A DNA stretch of 40,659 nucleotides from Candidatus Binatia bacterium (GTDB lineage: Bacteria > Desulfobacterota > Binatia > UBA9968): the NCBI GenBank assembly GCA_044869705.1, contig JBIOXP010000397.1:1-40659 (forward strand), in the 5' to 3' direction. Within the stretch, counting starts at the first letter, position 1, and each line of letters begins with the position of its first letter. Of the stretch, positions 9,392 through 17,610 are shown one piece after another. Below the pieces are notes generated by a model, which ran no database searches, was not told the origin of the DNA, and saw nothing but the letters and a program-made list of their open reading frames with translations. A program made the position numbers and the translations under genes.

Positions 9392-9626
9392 CAGATGAGT
9401 TCAATTCAGAGTACAACCGTAAAAGGATCACTCCCGCCCACACCGTGATCGGATGTAACGTAAATCCAAACCTAATCCGCGGGTACACCGGTGATGCTTG
9501 CAACTTGCGCCTGGACATTCTATTTATGCGCTCCTGCTCGTATTTCTTTCCCCTCTTTACTTCATCTATTCTCTTCTGCGCAATTCGGGTTCAACGGAAG
9601 GTTTCGGGGATAAGCCTTTGAGCGGC

Positions 9627-9656
9627 GACTGTGGACGCGGCAGGCGCCCGACAGTC
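9627..9656 (-). terminator. GC-rich hairpin about 50 nt downstream of the methyltransferase stop (no U-tract)
   Basis: Minus-strand GACTGT-c-GGGCGC-ctgcc-GCGTCC-ACAGTC forms 6 + 6 bp, with one bulge and one G-U pair. It lies inside the only >300-nt gap of the cluster. Confidence 0.3.
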
Positions 9657-9705
9657 CTCCCTTCCTTCGGCTCTCTTTGCAGGCGAGGGCAAGGCCCAGA
9701 ACCCC

Positions 9706-10335
9706 TTACGGCTGGCGACCTCCCATATGGTCTTTTTCGACGATATAGAGGCGGTTTAGGCCGAAGACGAACGGAATGGTCCCCGCGGGGTGAAGGTGGT
9801 TCTTCGCCAGGAGGTCCTTTACCGTCTCGTCCCAGAGTCCCTTGGCCTCCTCGTGCCCGATGCCTCGCTCGAGCTGATCGGGGTCATAGCGCCGCCGGAT
9901 GGCGTGGACGACAACGCCGACAACGGGATTGATCATGGTGATCAGCAGTTGCCCGTCATCCTTGAGAACCCTCCGGGCTTCCTGCAGCACCTGGCTCCGC
10001 TTCGATTGGGGCACGTGGTTCAAGCAGGCGAGCATGACCACAGTGTCGAAATGCTTATCTTGGAACGGCAGCCTCGTAGTATCACACAGCACATCCGTCC
10101 CCGGCCATGGCCAGACATCCACTCCGATGGCTGTGCCCTGTCGTAACCTGTAGCCTCGCGCGAGCTGGTTCGTACCACACCCGATATCGAGCAACAATCC
10201 GCGGCAGTGCCGCAACGTGATTGCCACTCGTTCCTCATCAATAGGGGTGAGACCGAGGGCTCGGGCGCGTTCCGACGGTAGGAAAGCGAGCAGCGGAAAG
10301 CACAAACGGTCTTTGATCTTCTGCCAGTGCGCCAA
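9706..10335 (-). CDS. class I SAM-dependent methyltransferase (Methyltransf_11-type)
   Basis: Motif I 'LLLDIGCGTNQL', post-I 'GVDV', and 'LPFQDKHFDTVVMLACLNHV...LKDDGQLLIT'. Confidence 0.8.
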   Translation of the reverse strand: MAHWQKIKDRLCFPLLAFLPSERARALGLTPIDEERVAITLRHCRGLLLDIGCGTNQLARGYRLRQGTAIGVDVWPWPGTDVLCDTTRLPFQDKHFDTVVMLACLNHVPQSKRSQVLQEARRVLKDDGQLLITMINPVVGVVVHAIRRRYDPDQLERGIGHEEAKGLWDETVKDLLAKNHLHPAGTIPFVFGLNRLYIVEKDHMGGRQP

Positions 10336-10358
10336 GACAGAACGTCCCTACAGGCCAA

Positions 10359-10718
10359 CTACTCGCGATGCGCCGAAGTTCGACTGACTGGCTCCGCCAG
10401 CTGCTCCAAGGCCATGCTTCTAACGATTTGCGTAATCTCCTCTTCGACCCGGTTAAGCGTCAGATGGATGCGGAAAATCAGATAGAAGGCGATGACGAAA
10501 CTAACATATATAATTAGATCGGCGCCCCTCCCAATTCCGACAAGCTCGGCCAGAAAAGTACTGGTATCGGGGTGGCTAACAATAATGGCTGCGCCAACCC
10601 AGACTACGAGCCAAAAAAGTAACTGGAACGTTCGCATCTCCCGGTATCTGTATTTAAGAACACCTTTCACCAGGGCAAACAGAATGAAAGCAAGAAGAAA
10701 AAACTGGATCGGTTTCAT
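10359..10718 (-). CDS. DUF2304-family small membrane protein (3 TM plus amphipathic tail)
   Basis: 119 aa. 'MKPIQFFLLAFILFALVKGVLKYR...' with three hydrophobic helices. Size, topology and position directly after a GT2 (ATGA overlap at 10715-10718) are typical for DUF2304. Confidence 0.65.
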   Translation of the reverse strand: MKPIQFFLLAFILFALVKGVLKYRYREMRTFQLLFWLVVWVGAAIIVSHPDTSTFLAELVGIGRGADLIIYVSFVIAFYLIFRIHLTLNRVEEEITQIVRSMALEQLAEPVSRTSAHRE

Positions 10719-11410
10719 AGCGCCCCCTTCTGCACTTTCGCCAAGACTAGTTTCCCTAGAGTACGTAATCCGACCTTTAGACTTTGACCTTTAGACATAG
10801 AATAGTCTGTATAAATAGCCCTTATCGGAACTTCCGTGTACCTCAAGCGGTTTCTGGCGGTCTCAGCGACAAATTCCGAGCTCACCTCCATGCCGTTGGT
10901 TGTAATGTGAATACGTGATGCCGCCTCGTGAGAAAAAGCCCGCAGACCCGATTGAGAATCTGTTGTCCGAATCCCGAAAAGAAGGTAGGTGACCAGGTCT
11001 GCGATCCAGTGCGCCACTCGGCGGGAAGTAGGTATCCCCTCAGAGTCCTGTCGGCGGCTTCCGACCACCACGTCCGCTTTGTCTTTCTCGATAGGCTCAA
11101 TGAGCTGCTCGATGTCATTGGGATCATGCTGGCCGTCCGCATCGAACGTGACGATGACCTCCGCCCCGAGACGCAGCGCGGCGTCGATTCCCGTTCCCAA
11201 TGCGCCGCCGAGCCCCCGGTTCAGGACATGGCGGAGCCAAATCACCCCCTCGTGGGACGCTAGCTCACCGGTGCGGTCGCTGCTGCCGTCGTCGATGACA
11301 ATGAGGGTTGTAAAGCCGTGCTGCTTGAGCCCTCGGATGACCTCGACGATTGTCCGCTCCTCATTGTAGGCGGGGATGACGACGACCACTTGCTTCTCAG
11401 TCATGGACAT
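10715..11410 (-). CDS. GT2 polyprenyl-phosphate glycosyltransferase (DPM1/GtrB/ArnC-like)
   Basis: 'VVVVIPAYNEERTIVEVI...LIVIDDGSSDRTGELA' and 'VTFDADGQHDP' (DxD), 231 aa with no TM synthase domain. GGAG lies 9 nt upstream of the ATG. Confidence 0.85.
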   Translation of the reverse strand: MSMTEKQVVVVIPAYNEERTIVEVIRGLKQHGFTTLIVIDDGSSDRTGELASHEGVIWLRHVLNRGLGGALGTGIDAALRLGAEVIVTFDADGQHDPNDIEQLIEPIEKDKADVVVGSRRQDSEGIPTSRRVAHWIADLVTYLLFGIRTTDSQSGLRAFSHEAASRIHITTNGMEVSSEFVAETARNRLRYTEVPIRAIYTDYSMSKGQSLKVGLRTLGKLVLAKVQKGAL

Positions 11411-11557
11411 TTACTCCTCTGCAGTCACCCGTCAGGCCTTACCGCTGCGTCAGAAACGGTGGTTGGTCTCACCATCTTCGTATAAGAAGAAAACTTCCGC
11501 CTCGGACAATCCGTGGCGACCCGGTAAACAAAAACGCTAACATGCGCGTCGTATAGC

Positions 11558-13528
11558 TCAATCCCCTGCCAGTCCTACGCGACGCCATCGCGCTGGATCT
11601 TGCATCGCCTGAATCGGCGCTAGCCCACTCAATGACATCCAGCGCGAACGGTGCCATGCATTGACGGCAAGCTCGATGCGTAACTGTCTGTGGGAAGGTG
11701 GCCCGCTAAGCCCGAGCGCTCGCCAGGGCAGCGAGACCTCAACTGTAATACGAGGCTGATCGCTTCCAAAGTACGTCGTCGTTGCGCCAGGAACAGAGTG
11801 GCAAGAGACTTGGTCCGCGCTGCACAGCAATGGCTTCATCATCGGGGCGCCGCGCTCGGGCACCACTCGAGGTGGAATCATATAGAGCTTGAAGCGATGC
11901 GGCCCGCCGCCCGCGTCAATGCCCCAATCCACCTGAAACGCCTCTTGCAATGGGAACTCGCCGTCATAGGCCAGCAGGTCTGGATCGTAATAATCCATCG
12001 CGATTACAGCCAGGTCTACGCCATCGGGATTCCAGGCCATGTATAGATCCCCGAACGGGATTTCAGGATCAGGGGCAATGAATGGCCCGAGCAGCGCCTG
12101 CTCTTTAGGCCATTCTCTTAGGGATCGGTCGCGGACATCGATCGCTGCACGGGGAATCTGCCAGGCGCCATCGCGAACCGAAGGGGTGGGTGGCGTCTGC
12201 TCATGGAGGGACGGCAGGTTGGGATTGACGCGACTGAACCCTTCCACGAGGCGCTCATAGGGTCGGTCATTGATATCAACCAGGCCGAAGTTATAGTCCT
12301 CGCCGTCCTCACGTCCTCCCTGCGGGTGGTCATAATACTGAAACCAGTGGAGTCCGACGATCTCTGGCTCGCGGGCGAAACGCTGTGCGGCCGCCATCGC
12401 ACCGTCGGCACGCTCAGCCTGCGTGGGGACGGTGAGCAAGTGACCGTTGTTGAGGTTGCCCGAACGATTTTCGTCTGCGGCAAAGAACCACTCGGAGATT
12501 AAGATCGGTTTACCTGGTGCGAGTTTTCGCAAGCCGTCAAAAAAATATCGCGCGAGCCATCCATCAGGGCTATCGACATTGTAGTTAGTCGATATGACAT
12601 CCACATACGGCACCATTGCTCGGACCGCGATGGGATCGTAATAGATCGGCAGGCGGTCGCCCATTATCAAAGCCTCAGGATCGGCCTCTCGAATCGCATC
12701 ATGCGCTATGCGGTAATATAGGCCGGTGATGATCCCGGTCCATTGCCGTACAAATTGGATTCCGGCACCGCCAGGTCGCAACTGCGGCGTGGGTTCCGTA
12801 TGGTGCAGCAAATCTTCGAACGAGGATGTGCCTGGGGGCGGAACGAAATCGTGGCTAAACCGGTCCCAGTTGTCGCCGTAATATTCCCGCAACCGAGCGA
12901 TGAGCTGCTGTTTGGTGTGGTTCGTTGCGGGCTGCTTCAGATAAAATATGAAAAGAGCACCATTCCACCAGCCGACTTCGTTATCAACAAAATAACCGAT
13001 GCGGTAAGGGTTACCTTTGTAGGGAAGCACGAGGCGCCGTGCCAACGTGTACATGCGGTCGATCGTGGCGGGATCAAATGGGTCAAACCAGTGAAAGCGG
13101 GCGGTCCTTCCCAACTCGAGATTGGGAGTGGTCGGTAGGTTCAATACCGTCGGTGGCAATGACCACGCCCCGGCTGTGTTGAAGCGCCAGACCTCTAGTC
13201 GTTGCTGTGTTGCGATAGCCCAACTTTCCAAGTCTGGATAGAAGCTCCCCCAATGGTAAGCAATATGTCCGTTATAGGCGCGTTGAGGAGCACCTCCATC
13301 GAGAACATTAACACCGAGCGAAAAGAAACGGTTGCCACACGGTGTGACCAACCAGTGCACACCGCCGCGGACAGTCGTCCGCCAGCGCGAATTAGGCGCC
13401 TCTTGCAGGTCTTTGCACAGCCCCGAGGAGCCGCTGGAAACGATCGTCGGCGGGGCGGTGCAGGCGAGCAGCAGAGCACTTAAAGCGAGCACGCAAATGC
13501 TCGGCAGTAGCGTCCGATGAAGTATCAC
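11558..13528 (-). CDS. lipoprotein, clan GH-A-like glycoside hydrolase with a C-terminal CBM9-like domain (family unassigned)
   Basis: Lipobox 'ALLLAC'. Candidate acid/base 'YFVDNEVGWW' and nucleophile 'ILISEWFF', plus 'DYNFGLVDINDRPY'. C-terminal ~200 aa ('DLYMAWNPDGVDLAV...') resembles carbohydrate-binding family 9. Confidence 0.55.
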   Translation of the reverse strand: MILHRTLLPSICVLALSALLLACTAPPTIVSSGSSGLCKDLQEAPNSRWRTTVRGGVHWLVTPCGNRFFSLGVNVLDGGAPQRAYNGHIAYHWGSFYPDLESWAIATQQRLEVWRFNTAGAWSLPPTVLNLPTTPNLELGRTARFHWFDPFDPATIDRMYTLARRLVLPYKGNPYRIGYFVDNEVGWWNGALFIFYLKQPATNHTKQQLIARLREYYGDNWDRFSHDFVPPPGTSSFEDLLHHTEPTPQLRPGGAGIQFVRQWTGIITGLYYRIAHDAIREADPEALIMGDRLPIYYDPIAVRAMVPYVDVISTNYNVDSPDGWLARYFFDGLRKLAPGKPILISEWFFAADENRSGNLNNGHLLTVPTQAERADGAMAAAQRFAREPEIVGLHWFQYYDHPQGGREDGEDYNFGLVDINDRPYERLVEGFSRVNPNLPSLHEQTPPTPSVRDGAWQIPRAAIDVRDRSLREWPKEQALLGPFIAPDPEIPFGDLYMAWNPDGVDLAVIAMDYYDPDLLAYDGEFPLQEAFQVDWGIDAGGGPHRFKLYMIPPRVVPERGAPMMKPLLCSADQVSCHSVPGATTTYFGSDQPRITVEVSLPWRALGLSGPPSHRQLRIELAVNAWHRSRWMSLSGLAPIQAMQDPARWRRVGLAGD

Positions 13529-14178
13529 TTTTCCTGAATTGCTTCGCCGGGCTTGACATAGAGTGTCATGAGTACTTCGAACTCAACACCTCGTTTCGTA
13601 CCCCTATGAAGTTCCTCGCTTTCGATCATGTACCCCACGTTGACAAAGAGATCTCGATACGTGCGGATGATCCAGGGACGGAGAAGCCAGTCCTCGGTCT
13701 CATCCATACTATTCGCCAGCATCAGTCGGCCGCCGCTGTTTGTTGCCTCGAAAAGCTGAACGGCGAGCCAAGCCACATCAAAAAATGGATAGAGCCAGCC
13801 CAGATAGCATATCGTTTCGCTAAAAACCACCAGATCCCACGGTCCATCGATCTGTGGATGATATTCCATGACATTCCCAACGCGGAAATCGATTTGTGTT
13901 TGGCCGGAACTTAACGAACGGGCTCGATCGATGGCGGCCTGCGATATGTCCAGAGCAACAATGCGGTCCGCGTGAGCAGCTAGCATGCCCGTGAGGTAAC
14001 CGGCGCCGCATCCGATCTCGAGTACTCGACCGTAACGCCTGCCCTCGACCATTTTGAGCAGCTGTGCACAACGATTCCGCTCATAATCCGAGCTTTCCAA
14101 GTCCCATGGATCGCCGCGTTCCCATAGGCTCTCCATGAAACGCCGTATTTTCTGATCAATAAGCTCGCGCTCCGTCAT
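13525..14178 (-). CDS. SAM-dependent methyltransferase, NodS-like
   Basis: 'GDPWDLESSDYERNRCAQLL...RVLEIGCGAGYLTGMLA...IVALDISQAAIDRAR...WDLVVFSETICYLG' follows the NodS-type (DPW...YE...LE.GC.AG) layout. ATGA overlap with the downstream GH at 13525-13528. Confidence 0.7.
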   Translation of the reverse strand: MTERELIDQKIRRFMESLWERGDPWDLESSDYERNRCAQLLKMVEGRRYGRVLEIGCGAGYLTGMLAAHADRIVALDISQAAIDRARSLSSGQTQIDFRVGNVMEYHPQIDGPWDLVVFSETICYLGWLYPFFDVAWLAVQLFEATNSGGRLMLANSMDETEDWLLRPWIIRTYRDLFVNVGYMIESEELHRGTKRGVEFEVLMTLYVKPGEAIQEK

Positions 14179-14328
14179 TGCCCCCAGCCTTATGGCTTTC
14201 GAAAGATTTGGCCTCCGGAAGCTCGGTCATCACGAATGCTCGCTCTACTTTTGCCAAAATTCCTTCAAGTGCTCGCTGATTAACTTCTCCATCGCTCGTG
14301 CTGGTTCTGCATGTACGACGTTGCTCGC

Positions 14329-15114
14329 TCAAACATCGCTTAGCGGCTGATTGCCGGCAGTACGAGTGTCCAAGAAGTTGGTAAACGACCGAAGACTGAT
14401 TCCCATCTCGGTTAGCCCGGCTCGTACTCGCGGATCGCACAAGATGCTGAGCTCCTCGAGACGCTCCCGAGAGTACAGGGTCTGCAGGTCGCACTTCGAA
14501 GCTGGATGACATGCCAGCTCTGTCCAACCCGGAGGTAACATCTCCAAAATCCCAAGCAGGCCATTGACGCTGATCACGCCGGGCAAGGCGGTACCATCGT
14601 CCGCTTGCCCATAGAAGCTACCGCAATAAGTGACTTCCGGAGAGCAACTTCGGAGCGGAACTCCCAGTCGGCGCGCGATGTCCAAAAGAATGGCACCGAC
14701 TGGCTCACGCAGGTGCACATGCTGGTGGGAATCGAGGTGAGTCGGAGGATGTCCCAGCAGGCGATCGAACACACCGAGCTGATGGTTTATTTCGTCTCGC
14801 ACCTCTGTCTCGCTTTTTAATGACACTACGCTGTAGAGCGGCACCCATTCTCCGTCGCGCAAAATCTGTTCACCGAGATCGATATGTAGACCGATGCTCA
14901 AGGCCGGATACTCTCGGGCGTAAGCGGCCGCCTCAGCGGCAGCGGGCCAACGCACCATCAGACTGGCGCTGGTGACGATACCGTTTCGAGAAGCGCTGAT
15001 GATACCCTGGTTGATTCCACGGCTCTGCCCAAAATCATCCGCGTTGACAATCAAGTTTTTAGCGGCATTGGTTCCTTCGGAATGCACGCGATTATTAGAG
15101 ACGTCTGGGAGCAT
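14329..15114 (-). CDS. YdjC/ChbG/HpnK-family carbohydrate deacetylase
   Basis: 'LIVNADDFGQSRGINQGIISA..NGIVTSASLMV' and 'LDSHQHVH' are the hallmark metal/catalytic motifs of the YdjC family. Confidence 0.8.
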   Translation of the reverse strand: MLPDVSNNRVHSEGTNAAKNLIVNADDFGQSRGINQGIISASRNGIVTSASLMVRWPAAAEAAAYAREYPALSIGLHIDLGEQILRDGEWVPLYSVVSLKSETEVRDEINHQLGVFDRLLGHPPTHLDSHQHVHLREPVGAILLDIARRLGVPLRSCSPEVTYCGSFYGQADDGTALPGVISVNGLLGILEMLPPGWTELACHPASKCDLQTLYSRERLEELSILCDPRVRAGLTEMGISLRSFTNFLDTRTAGNQPLSDV

Positions 15115-15129
15115 AAGCGTTGGCCTCGC

Positions 15130-16383
15130 CTACAAGCCTGCTTCGCTCATCACCTGCCGGAGTAGCTTTTCAGCATTGAAATACTCCGCGGCAATTTCTT
15201 TGGCAGCCTGCGAATGCCTAGCATAATCACTATTGATCTCCTCAATTGCAGGAGGGATATCCTCGAGCTTTTCAAACGCATACAAACCGAAGCCAGTGGG
15301 AATAAACTTGCTGAAACCGGTCTCCTGAGTGATTACTGGCTTGCCGGCAGCGAGATAGCAGGCGCTTCGCTCACTGAACCAACCGCTGCGCAAGCGTACG
15401 TTCATGTCCTTGGCGACCGTGAGTTCGCCGCGGGCAAGCCAAATGTACTCGCGGTAACTCTCTAGCGTCTTGGAAACCTTATAGGCGTCTTCGATGCGCC
15501 ACCCGTGGGCTTCGAGGATCTGCACGGCGGCCGGATCGTCTATGGCCAAGGCCAGAGAAAATTCCTGAGCCGTGCGGCTCGGCAGCTCGACGATTTTTAA
15601 AAACTCGCGATGCTTGCTCCAGGAGTAGCGTTCGCCGTTGTGCTCTAAGTCTTTAACCGACTGATCCCAATGAGCAATAGTCGTAAAGAAGCGCGTCGCC
15701 GGGTTACAGGGGGAATCCCAATAGTTGAGAATCACGGGAGAACGGGTGGGTTTATACGTGAAAGGCGCAACTGGAACAGCGCAATCCGTTTCGCCGTAAT
15801 TCGCTCCCCACGTGAAGAGCGCCGTGTGCGCCGACACGAGATCGATATATCTTTTCTCACCATTGGCGATGCGGATCTGATGCACTACGGGATCGGTTTC
15901 AAGATAGATGCGGATCGGACATCTCATGTGCTCGTCACGCAAAACCGTTCCGCCGAAAAGATTAATGATGGCGTCGGCGCGAGCATACAGATCTTCCACC
16001 TGACGCTCTGAGAGGCCGTAGCACCGATTATCGCTATGCGCGGCGACATAGGCCCATCTATCCTGGAAACCAAAGCGGTTCAGCAGCGCGCCGATGTAGC
16101 TCACTGGATACGTGCAATCGTCGCTTGTGGCATCGAAAGGCCAAACACCAGTCGCCTCCACGTAGTAGACATCATATCCAAGACGACGAAGCGCGATGAG
16201 ATGCTGGACAGTATTCCAGGCCACACCGGTTCCGGCCACCGGTAAACAGCCCATAATCCCTAGTACCACGACAACCTTGGGCTTACCGGTGTTCACGCGT
16301 TTTCTATTTTTCTCCACGCGTTCGAAACGTTCTCTAGAAGGCGGTAGGCGCGGAATCTCGGAAAACCCGTCAATCGCGGCCAT
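15130..16383 (-). CDS. GT-B-like glycosyltransferase, uncharacterised family (paralog 2)
   Basis: Paralog of 16370-17599. C-terminal 'RSACYLAAGKPVITQETGFSKFIPTGFGLYAFEKLEDIPPAIEEINSDY..H..AAKEIAAEYF' resembles the Glyco_trans_1_2/CgeB-type C-domain. Confidence 0.5.
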   Translation of the reverse strand: MAAIDGFSEIPRLPPSRERFERVEKNRKRVNTGKPKVVVVLGIMGCLPVAGTGVAWNTVQHLIALRRLGYDVYYVEATGVWPFDATSDDCTYPVSYIGALLNRFGFQDRWAYVAAHSDNRCYGLSERQVEDLYARADAIINLFGGTVLRDEHMRCPIRIYLETDPVVHQIRIANGEKRYIDLVSAHTALFTWGANYGETDCAVPVAPFTYKPTRSPVILNYWDSPCNPATRFFTTIAHWDQSVKDLEHNGERYSWSKHREFLKIVELPSRTAQEFSLALAIDDPAAVQILEAHGWRIEDAYKVSKTLESYREYIWLARGELTVAKDMNVRLRSGWFSERSACYLAAGKPVITQETGFSKFIPTGFGLYAFEKLEDIPPAIEEINSDYARHSQAAKEIAAEYFNAEKLLRQVMSEAGL

Positions 16384-17599
16384 TCATGGCCTCCTCCACC
16401 AGTCGGGTGAGCACTCGGCTCGCATCGAAATAGTCCGCAGCGATCTCACGGGCGGCCTTGGCATGCCGCCCATAGTTTGCTTCGATCTCCCTGATGGAAA
16501 CCACCGCATCCTCCAAAGTACTGAAGGCGAGAAGGCCCTCGCCTGTTGGAAGTACCGCGCTGAACCCGGTATCCTGAACCGCGACTGGCCGCCCCGCCGC
16601 TAAATAGCACGCCGACCGACAACTGAACCAACCTGGTCGTCCGACGACATAGCCATTTTTCGCGACGCTCCACTCGGCTTTAGAAGATTCGACGTAATTG
16701 CGATAGCTGTCGAGATCGGGACAGACCTCGGCTGGATCCACGACCCGCCATCCCTTACGGGCTAACAGGTGACGTGGAGTGCGGCGAGTTTTCCCGGCAT
16801 TGACAGCGATTTCCAGAGCCGTTGGAGCGATCAGCTGCGGCAACTCCTGGAACCGAACGAACTCGAGATCTTTTTGCCCATAGCTTCGATTGCCGTAGAC
16901 GACAGGCTTGTAACTCGTCCAGTTCATCACGGTAGTGAAAACCTCCCGAAATGGTTTTTCAGGATGCCACTCTGAGAGCACGATTGGCTGCCGTGTCGGG
17001 CGCCAGTGGTGACCAGTCTGAGGCACGTCCGACGAGAGAGATTCGCCGAAGCTAAACTGAACGTCATGGGCATCGATCCATTTGCGAAAATCGAGCTGAC
17101 CGCGCGCCAGCTTCAGCTGTGTGAAGACGGGATCCGAATCGATATAGGCCAGGCGCTTTACCTGTCGATATTCCTCGGGGCGCTCGATAGTTCCGGAAAC
17201 GTTGATGAGCAAGTCGGCGGAGCGAATAATCTCTTGTCGTTTCGCGTCAGAAAGCCCAAACCACTGCGATTGCCACGGGAAGCGATACGCCCACTGCCCA
17301 GCCAACCCATAACGCGACATGACAGTAGCGAGATATTGAACATTGAAATCACAGTCTTTGCCCAACCCGCCTTCTCGGGGGTTATAGGGCCATTGCCCGG
17401 TATCCTCGAGATAGTACACATCGTGGCCGAGTTGGGCGAGGCCGAGAACATACTGAAAGTAATCCCAAGTGACACCGCCTAGCGGGTACTGAGCGATGAG
17501 TCCTGTGACGATGATGCGTAGTCTCGATCTCACCTGAGCTGAAACTAACCCACGTCGCCCCAAACGCTGTGGATCTGGGAGGCCCGGGACGAAGGACAT
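16370..17599 (-). CDS. GT-B-like glycosyltransferase, uncharacterised family (paralog 1)
   Basis: 'IIVTGLIAQYPLGGVTWDYFQYVLGLAQLGHDVYYLED' N-domain. C-terminal 'RSACYLAAGRPVAVQDTGFSAVLPTGEGLLAFSTLEDAV..IREIEANY'. 14-nt overlap with paralog 2. Confidence 0.5.
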   Translation of the reverse strand: MSFVPGLPDPQRLGRRGLVSAQVRSRLRIIVTGLIAQYPLGGVTWDYFQYVLGLAQLGHDVYYLEDTGQWPYNPREGGLGKDCDFNVQYLATVMSRYGLAGQWAYRFPWQSQWFGLSDAKRQEIIRSADLLINVSGTIERPEEYRQVKRLAYIDSDPVFTQLKLARGQLDFRKWIDAHDVQFSFGESLSSDVPQTGHHWRPTRQPIVLSEWHPEKPFREVFTTVMNWTSYKPVVYGNRSYGQKDLEFVRFQELPQLIAPTALEIAVNAGKTRRTPRHLLARKGWRVVDPAEVCPDLDSYRNYVESSKAEWSVAKNGYVVGRPGWFSCRSACYLAAGRPVAVQDTGFSAVLPTGEGLLAFSTLEDAVVSIREIEANYGRHAKAAREIAADYFDASRVLTRLVEEAMNGRD

Positions 17600-17610
17600 A
17601 ATCTCTCTTG

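Noticed and set aside
14156-14527. 123-aa minus-strand ORF spanning the 150-nt gap between the deacetylase and NodS-like genes.
   Set aside because: Most of it overlaps the 3' end of the deacetylase gene out of frame, and its end overlaps the methyltransferase start. It has no motifs.
14329-15114. Reading the YdjC-family gene as HpnK, which would make this a hopanoid side-chain cluster.
   Set aside because: There is no squalene-hopene cyclase and there are no HpnH/HpnJ radical-SAM or HpnI-type neighbours. The context is glycan synthases and hydrolases.
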